Source of the DNA: Betaproteobacteria bacterium | GTDB lineage: Bacteria; Pseudomonadota; Gammaproteobacteria; Burkholderiales; SG8-41 | Assembly (NCBI GenBank): GCA_016868015.1 | Contig: VGIF01000001.1 | Location: 1 to 61,659 of the forward strand | Direction: 5' to 3' | DNA length: 61,659 bases | Shown: positions 1 through 9,708 of the stretch, piece by piece | Position numbering within the stretch: position 1 is the stretch's first letter | Layout: the number at the start of each line of letters is the position of its first letter | The notes under the pieces: generated by a model | What the model was told of the DNA's origin: nothing | What the model saw: only the letters and a program-made list of their open reading frames with translations | The model's database searches: none | Position numbers and translations under genes: made by a program

Positions 1-81
1 GCCAGCGTCATTTGTTTCATGTCTTGCCTCGTGGCTCGCGAATACGTCCTCCCAATCAGAACGTACCACTGGAATTCGCGT

Positions 82-1194
82 TTACAGAGCAATCGGGGAC
101 TTATTCAGCGCTTCCTTAGCCATGGTGGCGCCGGCTTTTTCCACCAAACCGCTGCCCTGTTGAAGCTCATGCACCGAGGTTTTGATCAGCGCGGCGATTT
201 CCTTGGCCGCACCCGCGCTGCGCTGCGCCAGCGCACGTACCTCGGCCGCCACCACCGTAAAGCCACGCCCCTGCTCACCGGCGCGCGCGGCTTCCACCGC
301 CGCATTCAAGGCCAGAATATTGGTTTGAAACGCGATGCCATCGATGATCGCGACGATGTCGACGATCTGTTTGGAATTCGCGCTGATGCGCGTCATGGTG
401 TCGACCGCTTGCGTCACCTCGGCGTTCCCCTTGATCGCCACATCGCGCGCCTGCGCCGCGAGTTCACGCGCCCGCTGCGCACTCTCGGAATTGCTGACCA
501 CCGCCGCCGCCAATTCACGCAGCGTCACGCCGGTGCGTTGTAAAAACTCACCCTGATGTTCGACGTGGCTCGATAATTGCTCTCCCGCGCCGGCAATTTG
601 TGCACTGCTATTGCCCACCGAGTGCGCCATGCCGCGGATTTTGCCGATGAGTTCGCCCAGCCGCAGGTTCATCTCGTTCAGGGCCTGCATCACCTGGCCG
701 ATTTCATCGCCGCTGTTTACTGCGATCTCGGACGCCAGATCGCCGGCGGCGACGCGGTGGGCGACGTGCACCATGCCCTGCAAAGGCTTCACCACCAAGC
801 GCATCAGCAGCCAGAAAATCGCGCCACAAATCACGAACACCAACACCAGCATCGAAACGTAGGTCCAATGCATGATGCTCCGCTCGCGCTGCTGCGCCAC
901 CGCGGCTTCACCGCGCCTGGCCTGCAATACGCTTTGTAACTCACGCACCTTCGCGGCGTGCGCGGCGCGCGCGGCGGCGTCGTTTTGGCCCGCTTCCAAT
1001 GCCGCGATGCGCGCGCCGTGTGCCGCCTCGATTTGTTGATGCGCCAGATCAAGCGTCGTGGTGTATTCAGTCATGCGATCAAGGTAACCACCCAACTGTA
1101 TGAGGCCCAGGCCGCGGGTGCCGGCGAGCAGGATGATCGCGATCAGCATCAACCCGGCGAGCTTGGTGCGTACGGTAATTTGGCTGAATTTCAA
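82..1194 (-). CDS. methyl-accepting chemotaxis protein, C-terminally truncated (2 TM, HAMP, first arm plus hairpin tip of signalling domain)
   Basis: ORF 82..1317 carries the MCP tip signature [38 protein letters not shown]. Only ~58 aa follow the tip before the stop. Start set at TTG 1194 ([14 protein letters not shown]) because the codons upstream ([12 protein letters not shown]) are read out of the AT-rich repeat. ATG 1317 is the alternative start. Confidence 0.8.
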   Translation of the reverse strand: MKFSQITVRTKLAGLMLIAIILLAGTRGLGLIQLGGYLDRMTEYTTTLDLAHQQIEAAHGARIAALEAGQNDAAARAAHAAKVRELQSVLQARRGEAAVAQQRERSIMHWTYVSMLVLVFVICGAIFWLLMRLVVKPLQGMVHVAHRVAAGDLASEIAVNSGDEIGQVMQALNEMNLRLGELIGKIRGMAHSVGNSSAQIAGAGEQLSSHVEHQGEFLQRTGVTLRELAAAVVSNSESAQRARELAAQARDVAIKGNAEVTQAVDTMTRISANSKQIVDIVAIIDGIAFQTNILALNAAVEAARAGEQGRGFTVVAAEVRALAQRSAGAAKEIAALIKTSVHELQQGSGLVEKAGATMAKEALNKSPIAL

Positions 1195-1280
1195 CGCAGG
1201 CTCCGGCGATCTGGGTAGGTATACCCCCAACTTTACCCAAGCGCATTGCGCAGCGCTTGCGTGAAATTGCGCAAGTTTTC

Positions 1281-1314
1281 TTAACTGATTGATTTTATTA
1301 TACTTTTTATATTT
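1281..1314 (-). repeat. AT-rich dispersed element (ATE) copy 1, IHF-consensus core
   Basis: Minus-strand reading is aaatataaaaagtataataaaatcaatcagttaa. Core AATCAATCAGTTA fits WATCAANNNNTTR. Lies between the comEC stop and the MCP start. Confidence 0.7.
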
Positions 1315-3751
1315 CATCCGGATCCGGCACGGGATCGTCCGCGAGCGCGTTTTGCCAATAGCGGCGGTAGTTTGCGCGATGCGGGGTGACCCTGATGGTC
1401 TCGCCAGCCCCCATCAGCAAGGTCACCGCGCCATCGCGGTCGGTGCGATAGACATGGGCGCCGGCCAACAGATAGCGTGCCTGCACGTCCACGTGCGGAT
1501 GGCCGAACCGGTTGCGATAGCCGATCGGATAAATCGCAATGCGCGGATCGACCGCGCGCACGAATTCGGGCGTGGACGAGGTGTTGCTGCCATGATGCGG
1601 CACGATCAGCACTTGCGCGCGCAGCGCGTCGCGCTCGGCGGCAACCAACTGCAGCTCAGCGCGCGCTTCGATGTCGGCCGCAATCAGCACCGCATGCTTC
1701 GCGGTTGCGATGCGCAGCACGCAACTGCGGTTGTTGTCCTTGATCGTGGTATCGGCGTAACTGTCGCGCGGCGGGTGCAACAACTCGAAACGCACGCCAT
1801 CCCAATCCCAGGACTGCCCGGCGAAACAACGTGCCGCGTGCGCCGCTTCGAACGGCAGCGGATCCAGATCGGGCAAGGAACTCAATAACTGCCTCACTGG
1901 CACCGCTTGCAGCACCGAGGAGGCGCCGCCGTAGTGATCGATATCGTCATGGCTCACCACCAGCGCATCGAGCGCCTTGACGCCGCGCGCGCGCAAGTAC
2001 GGCACCACCATGCGGTTACCGGCATCGGCTTGCGGGCCGTACGCCGGCCCCGCGTCGAACAACAACGCATGATTTCGCGTGCGTGCCACCACCGCCAGGC
2101 CGTGGCCGACGTCGAGCACGGTGAGCTGCAATTGCCCCTCCGGCAGCGGTGGCGGTGCGGCCAGGAACAACGGCAAAAACGCGGCGAGTCCGGCCCAGCG
2201 CAACGGAAAACCGCGCGGCAACAACAATATCGCCACGCCGCCAAGCGCAAGCGCAACGCTCCACGGCGGCGGCGCGTGTTGCTGCCACACCGCCGCCGGC
2301 AAGCGGCTCATCCATTCGAGCACGCCGCCGCAGCCCGCCATCACCCCATGCGCGAGTTGCAACACCCAGTCAAACGGCAACACCATGCCGATCAAGGTGA
2401 GCGGCACCACACCCAGGCTCACGACCGGAATCGCCAGCGCATTGGCCAGCGGCGAGATGATCGACACCTGCTGAAACATCGCCAGCAGCGCCGGCACCAG
2501 CGCCAGCGTTACCGCCCATTGCGTCTTGGCCCAGGCGTAAAGCCAATGCGGCCGGCCAATGCGCGCGACACTCACATACAGGATCACCGCCACCGCGCCG
2601 AACGACAGCCAAAACCCCGGTGCCAGCACCGCCCACGGGTCAATCAACACCACCACCAGCAAGGCCACGCTGAGCACCGCGGACGCCGCGCCCAGGCGAT
2701 TCATCCACAGCGCCGCCGCCATCACCGCGAGCATGTAGAGCGTGCGCTGCGCCGGCACCTCAAAACCGGCCAGCAGCGTGTATAAAAAAGCCGCCAGCAA
2801 TCCCGCCAGCACGGCCGCCTTGCGCGCGGGCAGCCGCAGGGTCAAGCGCGCGCTACGCCGCCACAAGGCATAAGCCAGCAGGAACACCAAGCCCGCGATC
2901 ATGGTGACGTGCAGCCCCGAAATCGACATCAAATGGTTTACGCCGGTGCGGGTAAAGGTTTGCCATTGATCGGGGGCAATCGCGCGCTGATCGCCAATGG
3001 CGAGCGCCGCCAACACCCCGGCATAGGCGCGCTCGGGCAAGGCCTGCAAAATTCGCGTGCGCAATTTTTCGCGCGCCGCCTGCACCCAGTACGCGGGCTG
3101 GGCTACCAGCGCGTCGATGCGGCGGCCGCTTTTCGGGCGTACCGTGCCGGTGGCGCGGATATTGCGCTCGATCAGCCATGCCTCGTAGTCAAAGCCATGG
3201 GGATTGGCCGAGCCGTGCGGCCGCCGCCAGCGCACCGTGAGTTGCCAACGTTCGCCCGGCTTGAGCTCGGGCAGCGAACCGCGCTCGGCGTTTTTGGCCA
3301 CACTGCCCCACCAGCTCAGCGCGATACGCCGGGGCACCACGGCATCGGCTGTGATCACCCGTTCCACATCGAAGGTAAAACGCACGCTGCGCTCGTAGTG
3401 TTGCGGCAGACCGGCAATAACACCGACGATTTGCACATCGCGGCCTTCCATCGCGGCCGGCAGCGCATCGGCAAGCCGCCAATCCGCACGCAGCGCCGCC
3501 CACCAAAACCCGCCAACCACACAGGCGAGCGCAAGCAGCGGCACCCAACACAGGCGCCGCGCGCGCGTCAGCCAGGCCAACAGCAGCAGCAGCGGCACCA
3601 GCATCCACCCCGGTGATGACGGCAACGCGGCTTGCAACTGCAGCAGCGCGCTACCCGCGACAAACAGGACAATAAAAAACGGCACGAAGGGTGCACCCAA
3701 AACAAAGGGAAACGGGGACGAGGCGGCGCAAATCCCGCTACAATAATCCAC
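1307..3751 (-). CDS. comEC: DNA internalization-related competence protein ComEC/Rec2 (membrane domain plus metallo-beta-lactamase domain)
   Basis: 814-aa ORF, polytopic hydrophobic N-terminal two thirds. C-terminal MBL motifs [11 protein letters not shown] and [15 protein letters not shown] start at 3751. Confidence 0.85.
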   Translation of the reverse strand: MDYCSGICAASSPFPFVLGAPFVPFFIVLFVAGSALLQLQAALPSSPGWMLVPLLLLLAWLTRARRLCWVPLLALACVVGGFWWAALRADWRLADALPAAMEGRDVQIVGVIAGLPQHYERSVRFTFDVERVITADAVVPRRIALSWWGSVAKNAERGSLPELKPGERWQLTVRWRRPHGSANPHGFDYEAWLIERNIRATGTVRPKSGRRIDALVAQPAYWVQAAREKLRTRILQALPERAYAGVLAALAIGDQRAIAPDQWQTFTRTGVNHLMSISGLHVTMIAGLVFLLAYALWRRSARLTLRLPARKAAVLAGLLAAFLYTLLAGFEVPAQRTLYMLAVMAAALWMNRLGAASAVLSVALLVVVLIDPWAVLAPGFWLSFGAVAVILYVSVARIGRPHWLYAWAKTQWAVTLALVPALLAMFQQVSIISPLANALAIPVVSLGVVPLTLIGMVLPFDWVLQLAHGVMAGCGGVLEWMSRLPAAVWQQHAPPPWSVALALGGVAILLLPRGFPLRWAGLAAFLPLFLAAPPPLPEGQLQLTVLDVGHGLAVVARTRNHALLFDAGPAYGPQADAGNRMVVPYLRARGVKALDALVVSHDDIDHYGGASSVLQAVPVRQLLSSLPDLDPLPFEAAHAARCFAGQSWDWDGVRFELLHPPRDSYADTTIKDNNRSCVLRIATAKHAVLIAADIEARAELQLVAAERDALRAQVLIVPHHGSNTSSTPEFVRAVDPRIAIYPIGYRNRFGHPHVDVQARYLLAGAHVYRTDRDGAVTLLMGAGETIRVTPHRANYRRYWQNALADDPVPDPDEI

Positions 3752-4324
3752 ATGTTACGCAAGTATTTGCGGCGTGTGCTGCCCAGTCACGGCACCATAC
3801 GTGACAATCGTTACATTGCCCGCTTCGGCACGCGCCTGCAGCATCACAATCTATGGCATTTGCATCGCCGTTCGGTGGCGGGCGGCGTGGCGGTGGGGCT
3901 GTTCGCGGGGCTGATCCCGGGCAGCAACCCGGTGCAGTTCACCGGCGGCGCATTGCTCGCCGTGGCGCTTAAGGTGAATTTGCCGATTTCGGTGCTGGTG
4001 ACGCTTTATTCGAACCCCTTCACTATTCTGCCGCTTTATTTCCTGGCATTTAAGTTGGGGCAATTGCTGATGTTCTCCGGCAATAGCGAATTGCCATCAC
4101 TGCCCGCGGAGTTCAGCGGTACTGCCTTGTTAAGCCACTTGCCCGAGGCGTTTAACTGGGTAATCAGCGTCGGTAAGCCGCTGCTGCTGGGCCTGCCGTT
4201 GCTGGCAACGATTCTCGCGGCCATCGGCTACTTTGTCACCGATTGGGCTTGGCGCATGGGCGTGTGCTACCAATGGCGCGTGCGCGCGCGTAAACGCGCA
4301 CGGCGCGCGCCGCGCGCGGAATAA
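3752..4324 (+). CDS. DUF2062 family membrane protein
   Basis: ATG at 3752 (MLRKYLRRVLPSH...RFGTRLQHHNLWHLHRRSVAGGVAVGLFAGLIPG), typical of the DUF2062 N-terminus. Divergent from comEC. Confidence 0.7.
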   Translation: MLRKYLRRVLPSHGTIRDNRYIARFGTRLQHHNLWHLHRRSVAGGVAVGLFAGLIPGSNPVQFTGGALLAVALKVNLPISVLVTLYSNPFTILPLYFLAFKLGQLLMFSGNSELPSLPAEFSGTALLSHLPEAFNWVISVGKPLLLGLPLLATILAAIGYFVTDWAWRMGVCYQWRVRARKRARRAPRAE

Positions 4325-4330
4325 TCCGCC

Positions 4331-4353
4331 GCGCGCGGCTTGCATCCGCGCGC
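4331..4353. terminator. GC-rich hairpin between convergent genes (candidate bidirectional terminator)
   Basis: gcgcgcgg-cttgcat-ccgcgcgc: perfect 8-bp stem, 7-nt loop, between the DUF2062 stop (4324) and the Bug stop (4366). No clear U-tract. Confidence 0.4.
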
Positions 4354-4365
4354 AGTCGGGCCGGC

Positions 4366-5367
4366 TTATAACTTCTGAAAGCCGATATCCCGCACCAGCT
4401 TGGCATATTCCGCTGAATCGCGTTTGATAAGCTCGACCAGTTGTTCCACCGTCGAACCCATCACGGTCAGGCCGTCACCGGAGATTTTGTCCTTGATATC
4501 CGGCGAGTTGACAGCCTTGACCACTTCCGCGTTCATGCGTTTGATGAGCCTGGGCGGCACGCCCGCCGGCATCACGATGCTGTGCCAGGTGACGTTGCGA
4601 TAGCCCGGCACCCCCGCTTCATCCACCGTGGGCAGATCCGGCAGCGCCGGATTGCGTTCCATCGCGGTCACCGCCAGCGCGCGCAAGCGCCCGGTTTTCA
4701 CGTGCGGAATCGCCACCAGCGGATTCATCAGAAAAAACTGCACATGCCCCGCCACCAGATCGAGTACCGCTTGGCCGGTGCCTTTGTAGGCAATGGGCAC
4801 CATGTCGATGCCGGCCATTTTGTTGAAGTTGGCGATGCCCAGCACGTTGCCGGTGCCGGTGGTGGCGTAATTCAGTTTGCCCGGCTGGGATTTAGCAAGC
4901 GAGACAAACTCCTTGATGGTGGTAGCCTTCACCGAAGGATGCACCACCACCACATTGCCGCCCTGCGTGAGCTGCGAAATCGGCTGAAAATCGCGCTCCG
5001 GATTGTAGGAAAGCTTGTGGTAGACGTGCTGGTTGATCACAAACCCGCTGTTGGCGGCGATCATGATAGTGTAGCCGTCGGGCGCCGCCCGCGCGCCGAT
5101 TTCAAAGCCGACAATGCCGCCGGCGCTGCCGCGGTTGTCGACGATGAACTGTTGACCGAACGCCTCGGAGAGTTTTGCCGCGAGCATGCGCGACATGATG
5201 TCGCTGGGGCCGCCGGGCACAAACGGCGCGACAAAGCGCACCGGACGCGTGGGATAAGTATCCGGCTTGGCCGCGGCCTTCGCCGCCTGCTGCGCATACG
5301 CGCCAGATACCGCCAACATCAAGCACAAACCGCCCACCACACCGCGTGCAGGTATTGCATGATTCAT
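4366..5367 (-). CDS. Bug-family (TctC-like) tripartite tricarboxylate transporter substrate-binding protein
   Basis: Signal peptide MNHAIPARGVVGGLCLMLAVSGAYAQ, then YPTRPVRFVAPFVPGGPSD, the typical Bug N-terminus. ATG 5367 is preceded by GAGGAG. Confidence 0.9.
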   Translation of the reverse strand: MNHAIPARGVVGGLCLMLAVSGAYAQQAAKAAAKPDTYPTRPVRFVAPFVPGGPSDIMSRMLAAKLSEAFGQQFIVDNRGSAGGIVGFEIGARAAPDGYTIMIAANSGFVINQHVYHKLSYNPERDFQPISQLTQGGNVVVVHPSVKATTIKEFVSLAKSQPGKLNYATTGTGNVLGIANFNKMAGIDMVPIAYKGTGQAVLDLVAGHVQFFLMNPLVAIPHVKTGRLRALAVTAMERNPALPDLPTVDEAGVPGYRNVTWHSIVMPAGVPPRLIKRMNAEVVKAVNSPDIKDKISGDGLTVMGSTVEQLVELIKRDSAEYAKLVRDIGFQKL

Positions 5368-5626
5368 GACACTCTCCTCGATCAAATTGAAGTTACGGGT
5401 GTTGCTCTCCTGGTCAGTTGAATATGAAATTCAAGCTTGCTCGCGCCTTGGAGTGAGGTCAAGGCGCCGCGGTTCCTTTTTGAGCGGTGCGAATCGCCGC
5501 GGGCGGCATCGCTGCATACCCAATTGAATCAATACCCGCATTTGGCAAGCTTCATTGCGTTGCGCAACGTCAAATCGCCTGGTGTATGCTTGCCGCGCTG
5601 AAGTTACCCTAGGCCCTGCCCGCCCT

Positions 5627-6244
5627 ATGCGCCCCAAATATTGGAAACAAGCCACCGCGGAACTCGCCGCGCGCGACCCTGTGATGCAAGGCATGATCGC
5701 GCAGTATCGCGAATTCGCGCTGGGTAGCCGCGGCGATGCGTTTCAAACCCTGGCGCGCGCCATCGTCGGCCAGCAGATTTCGGTGAAAGCCGCGCAAAGC
5801 GTATGGGATCGCTTCGCCGCCGCGCACAGCGCGGTGACGCCAGCGGTGGTGGCGAAATCGAAAACCGAAACACTGCGCGCCTGCGGCTTATCGGGGCAAA
5901 AATCAAGCTACATCCTCGATCTCGCCACGCGCTTCGATCAAGGGCAACTCGATCCCACGCGCTGGAAACGCCTGCAAGACGAAGCGCTGATCGAAGAACT
6001 TACCCAGGTCAAAGGCATCGGCCGCTGGACAGCGCAGATGTTCATGATCTTTAATCTCGCGCGCCCCGATGTGTTTCCGCTCGCCGACCTGGGGCTGCAA
6101 AAAGCGCTGCAACTGCACTACAACCGCGGCCGCACGCTCACCCCCGCGCGCATGCAACGCCTGGGCGAAAAGTGGGCGCCGTGGCGCTCGGTGGCGACGT
6201 GGTATTTGTGGCGCAGCTTGGATCCGATACCGGTTGAGTATTGA
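5627..6244 (+). CDS. DNA-3-methyladenine glycosylase II family protein (HhH-GPD superfamily)
   Basis: HhH motif LTQVKGIGRWTAQMFMIF, followed by PDVFPLADLGLQKAL. ATG 5627 chosen (MRPKYWKQATAELAARDPVM). Confidence 0.8.
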   Translation: MRPKYWKQATAELAARDPVMQGMIAQYREFALGSRGDAFQTLARAIVGQQISVKAAQSVWDRFAAAHSAVTPAVVAKSKTETLRACGLSGQKSSYILDLATRFDQGQLDPTRWKRLQDEALIEELTQVKGIGRWTAQMFMIFNLARPDVFPLADLGLQKALQLHYNRGRTLTPARMQRLGEKWAPWRSVATWYLWRSLDPIPVEY

Positions 6245-6267
6245 AAAAACACTACGCACATCTTTGC

Positions 6268-6334
6268 CACAGATTTCACAGATGAACACAGATTAACTGC
6301 GGAAAAATCTGCGTCAATCCGTGAAATCAGCGTG
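6268..6334. repeat. REP-like palindromic element, family A (CAGAT/CTGCGT type)
   Basis: Arms cacagatttcacagatgaacacagattaac and atctgcgtcaatccgtgaaatcagcgtg are imperfect inverted repeats. Related copies at 11415, 12712 and 39976. Confidence 0.7.
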
Positions 6335-6337
6335 AAA

Positions 6338-6372
6338 TATAAGTATCTGATTTTATTGAATATTTTGAAACA
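6338..6372 (-). repeat. ATE copy 2
   Basis: Minus-strand reading is tgtttcaaaatattcaataaaatcagatacttata. Core has one mismatch (ATCAG). Overlaps the 5' end of ORF 6332..6703. Confidence 0.7.
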
Positions 6373-6703
6373 CAACGAATTCGTCGCCGCGTATCACAGC
6401 GGACGCATTACGGTTAACTTCGAACCCAAAAGCGCGGCGCGTTTTTTGTCGGCGCGTATGTTGTTACCGCTGATGATGTTGCCGGTGCTGGGCATCGGGG
6501 TCGCGTTGGCGTTGATCGGCTGGTTGTGGACGGGGCTTGCGGTGATCGCGCTAGGCATTATTGTGCCGCGCTTGATCAAACGTAGCGCGCCGCATTTTTT
6601 GCTTACACACGCGCTGCAAGATGCCGCGCTCTACGAAGAGCTGCAAACGGCCGGTGTGATGGACATCGTTACCCACGGCGATGCACTTGACGCCGCCTCG
6701 TGA
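6365..6703 (+). CDS. hypothetical small membrane protein
   Basis: GC3-rich ORF with two predicted TM helices (LLPLMMLPVLGIGVALALIGWLWTGLAVIALGIIV). Start uncertain: GTG 6332 and TTG 6356 lie inside the AT-rich repeat, so TTG 6365 was chosen. Confidence 0.5.
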   Translation: MKHNEFVAAYHSGRITVNFEPKSAARFLSARMLLPLMMLPVLGIGVALALIGWLWTGLAVIALGIIVPRLIKRSAPHFLLTHALQDAALYEELQTAGVMDIVTHGDALDAAS

Positions 6704-6716
6704 TGGCGCGCTGCCG

Positions 6717-7397
6717 TTAAGCCGTTTTCAATACCCCATCCACCAAGCGCAAAATGCGATTCGCGCGCGCGGCGATTTCCATGTCGTGCGTGACGATCAC
6801 AAAACTGGTGCCATGCGATTGATTTAGCTGCAGCATCAAATCGAACACCGCTTGCGCGTTTTGCCGGTCGAGGTTGCCAGTGGGCTCATCCGCCAACACG
6901 CACGCCGGTTGTGTCACCAGCGCGCGCGCCAGCGCCGCGCGTTGGCGCTCGCCGCCGGACAACTCCCCCGGCGTGTGTTCGAGGCGGTGGCTTAAACCCA
7001 CCTCCCCCAGCACTTTGCTGGCCGCGGCTTGCGCTTCTTCCTTGGGCATGCGCCGGATCAACAACGGCATGGCGACGTTTTCCAGCGCGGTGAATTCGGG
7101 CAGCAGGTGGTGAAACTGGTAGACGAAACCCAGCGCTTGATTGCGTGTTACACCACGCTCGGCTTCACTTTGTTGGCGGATGTTTTTGCCCAGAATGAAA
7201 ATGTCGCCGCCGGTGGCGGCATCGAGCCCGCCCAGCAAATGCAGCAGCGTGCTTTTACCCGACCCCGAGGCGCCGACGATGGCCACGCGCTCACCGCGTT
7301 TGATTTCCAGATCAATACCGTGCAGCACCGGCACATTGAGCGTGCCTTGCTCGAACGTTTTACGCAACCCGCGGCAGGCGAGGACCACATCACTCAT
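6717..7397 (-). CDS. lolD: lipoprotein-releasing ABC transporter ATP-binding protein LolD
   Basis: Walker [10 protein letters not shown], signature LSGGERQR, Walker B VLADEPT. Overlaps and follows lolC/E. Confidence 0.9.
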   Translation of the reverse strand: MSDVVLACRGLRKTFEQGTLNVPVLHGIDLEIKRGERVAIVGASGSGKSTLLHLLGGLDAATGGDIFILGKNIRQQSEAERGVTRNQALGFVYQFHHLLPEFTALENVAMPLLIRRMPKEEAQAAASKVLGEVGLSHRLEHTPGELSGGERQRAALARALVTQPACVLADEPTGNLDRQNAQAVFDLMLQLNQSHGTSFVIVTHDMEIAARANRILRLVDGVLKTA

Positions 7398-8634
7398 AAC
7401 GCAGTGCCTCCGCCGGATTCACTTTGGACGCCCGCCACGCCGGGTAAATAGTCGCAATCGCCGCCATTACAAACGAAAACACCGCCGTCGCCACCACATC
7501 CATCGGCCGCAACTCAGAGGGCAATTCGGTGATGTAGTAAATCGTCGGATCGAGAAATCGCAGGCCAAACAAGCGCTCGACGAAACCCACTATCGCGGCT
7601 ACGTTCAACGCCCCCAAAATCCCGAACACAATGCCAAAAAACACGCCGGTGGCGCCGATGATAATGCCCTGGGTCATGAAGATTTTCATCACCCCGCCGG
7701 GCGAGGCGCCGAGCGTGCGCAAAATCGCGATGTCGGGCTGTTTTTCCTTCACCACCATGAACAAACTCGACACCAGGTTAAACGCCGCGATGGCGATAAT
7801 AAAAAACAGCAACAGCGACATCATGCGTTTTTCGATATCGACGGCGCGAAAATAATTAGGATTGACCGTGGTCCAGTCCGACATCAGCGCGTTTTCCGGC
7901 ACCTTGGACAGAAGATCGAACACCACCTCGCGCGAGCGGAACAGGTCGTCGAGCTTCAAACGAACGCCGCTTACTTCTTCACCCATACGATAAAGCCGCT
8001 GCGCATCCTCCAAATGAATGAGCGCGAGCCCCGCATCTATTTCATGGTGGCCGACGTTAAACGTGCCCATCACGGTGAATTGGCGCAAGCGCGGCAGCAC
8101 GCCCGCCGGCGTCACCTGCCCTTGCGGCGCCACCAGCACCACTTTGTCGCCGATATCCACTGCCAGCGCGCGCGCCAGCGCTTCGCCCAAAATAATGCTG
8201 TAGTCACCGGACTTTAACGATTCGATCGAGCCGCGGCGCATGTGGCGCATGAGGTCGTCGACCTTGCCTTCGTGCTCCGGCAGCACGCCGCGCATCATCG
8301 CGCCGCGCACGTGGCTGCCGCTGGTCAACAAGCCTTGCGCGTTGACGTACGGCGCGGTGGCCAGCACGTGCGCGTTGCTACGCGCGATCTTGGCGACGTT
8401 TTCCCAATCACCAAGCCGGTCGCCGCGCCCGGCGATTTGTACATGCGCCACGGCGGAAAGCATGCGTGAGCGTACTTCGCGCTGAAAGCCGTTCATCACG
8501 GAAAGCACCGTGATCAGCACCGTCATCCCCAGCGCAATGCCGATGACGCTGATCAGCGAAATAACCGAAATAAAGCGAGTACGCTGGCGTGCGCGGGTGT
8601 AGCGCAAGCCGATAAAATATTCGTAGGAATTCAA
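7390..8634 (-). CDS. lolC: lipoprotein-releasing system transmembrane subunit LolC/LolE
   Basis: 414 aa, MacB-like FtsX permease architecture (N-terminal TM, large periplasmic loop, three C-terminal TMs). 8-nt overlap with lolD. Confidence 0.88.
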   Translation of the reverse strand: MNSYEYFIGLRYTRARQRTRFISVISLISVIGIALGMTVLITVLSVMNGFQREVRSRMLSAVAHVQIAGRGDRLGDWENVAKIARSNAHVLATAPYVNAQGLLTSGSHVRGAMMRGVLPEHEGKVDDLMRHMRRGSIESLKSGDYSIILGEALARALAVDIGDKVVLVAPQGQVTPAGVLPRLRQFTVMGTFNVGHHEIDAGLALIHLEDAQRLYRMGEEVSGVRLKLDDLFRSREVVFDLLSKVPENALMSDWTTVNPNYFRAVDIEKRMMSLLLFFIIAIAAFNLVSSLFMVVKEKQPDIAILRTLGASPGGVMKIFMTQGIIIGATGVFFGIVFGILGALNVAAIVGFVERLFGLRFLDPTIYYITELPSELRPMDVVATAVFSFVMAAIATIYPAWRASKVNPAEALRYE

Positions 8635-8703
8635 GCGGATGATTTCTTTTCGTTGGGTGAAGTGTACTGCAATTCACTAAGGCGCGGGGTAAACTCGCCC
8701 GCC

Positions 8704-9705
8704 ATGCAATTAAGTCTGCACATTCCGCACTTGATTCCGCCGCGCGAAGCGGCTGCGGTGTGGGCGGCGCTGGATGTGCCCTCGCTCAAACGCATGCTCG
8801 CCCGCGCGCGTTACAGCCGCAGTGCGCCGCTGGACGATGCGGCGGTAACGTGCGAAAGCTTCGGTATCGGCAGCGATCGATCGGGCTCAATCGCGCCGCT
8901 CCTCGCGCGTGCCGATGGCGTTAAAGTGGACGACGGTTATTGGCTGTGTGTCACGCCGGCGCACCTGGAAACGCGCCATCATACACTGGTGCTGGCCGAC
9001 CCGGCGCTGCTGCAACTTACCGCCGAGGAATCGCAAGCGCTTGCCGCAACGCTGGCCGAGCACCTGCGCGCCGAGCAGCTCACGCTGCACGCGCCGCGGC
9101 CCGACCGCTGGTACTTGCGCTGCGATCAGCCACCGGCGATCAGCACATCGAGCCTCGCCAGCGTCGCCGGCCACGGCATCGATGCCTTTTTGCCCAAGGG
9201 CGCGGATGCCCTGCGCTGGCACCGGCTGCTCACTGAAATGCAAATGCTGCTGCACGCGCACCCAGTCAACGAAGCGCGCGAAGCCGCAGGGCGCGTGCCG
9301 GTCAACAACGTTTGGATTTGGGGCGGCGGTACGCTGCCTGCGCCTTTCGCTGCGCCGTTTCAATCGGTTTGGAGTAACGATGCGTTGGTGCAGGCGCTGG
9401 CGCGGCACGCGGGCATCGCCACACACCCTGCCGTGGCGCACCTCGCCGCGGCGGAACTGGGCGCGGGTCATCATTGGTGTTCGTATCATGCGCTCACGCC
9501 GCTCATGCGCCGGGGTGATCTCGCCGCATGGGGCGCCGCTGTGATCGCGCTCGATCGCGATTGGTTCCAGGCGTTACGCGCGGGCTTGCGTGCGCGCCAG
9601 ATCACGCGCGCCACGCTTGTCAGCAACACCCTCGGCGCCACCCACCGCTTTGATTTCCGCCATTGGGATGCTGTAAAAATATTTAATAAAATCAAATACT
9701 TATAA
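8704..9705 (+). CDS. conserved hypothetical protein; C-terminus read out of the AT-rich element
   Basis: ATG 8704 (MQLSLHIPHLIPP). GC3-rich throughout. The last codons KIFNKIKYL and the TAA stop are encoded by ATE copy 3. Confidence 0.6.
   Translation: MQLSLHIPHLIPPREAAAVWAALDVPSLKRMLARARYSRSAPLDDAAVTCESFGIGSDRSGSIAPLLARADGVKVDDGYWLCVTPAHLETRHHTLVLADPALLQLTAEESQALAATLAEHLRAEQLTLHAPRPDRWYLRCDQPPAISTSSLASVAGHGIDAFLPKGADALRWHRLLTEMQMLLHAHPVNEAREAAGRVPVNNVWIWGGGTLPAPFAAPFQSVWSNDALVQALARHAGIATHPAVAHLAAAELGAGHHWCSYHALTPLMRRGDLAAWGAAVIALDRDWFQALRAGLRARQITRATLVSNTLGATHRFDFRHWDAVKIFNKIKYL
9674..9705 (+). repeat. ATE copy 3
   Basis: taaaaatatttaataaaatcaaatacttataa, core AATCAAATACTTA is a perfect WATCAANNNNTTR. 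Ends 3 nt before the recJ GTG start. Confidence 0.75.
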
Positions 9706-9708
9706 AAC

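Noticed and set aside
1-20. Start of a further minus-strand gene (ATG at 20, MKQMTL...) leaving the window
   Set aside because: Only six codons are visible, which is too little to call a feature. It is mentioned because it limits the space downstream of the truncated MCP.
4441-5421. 326-aa plus-strand ORF
   Set aside because: It is antisense to a well-supported Bug-family gene. Its Arg/His/Gly-rich composition is typical of shadow ORFs in GC-rich DNA.
7141-8217. 358-aa plus-strand ORF
   Set aside because: It is antisense to lolD/lolC and has an Arg/His-rich shadow composition. The same applies to 50595..51752, 26758..27711, 36666..37526, 32990..33802 and similar entries.
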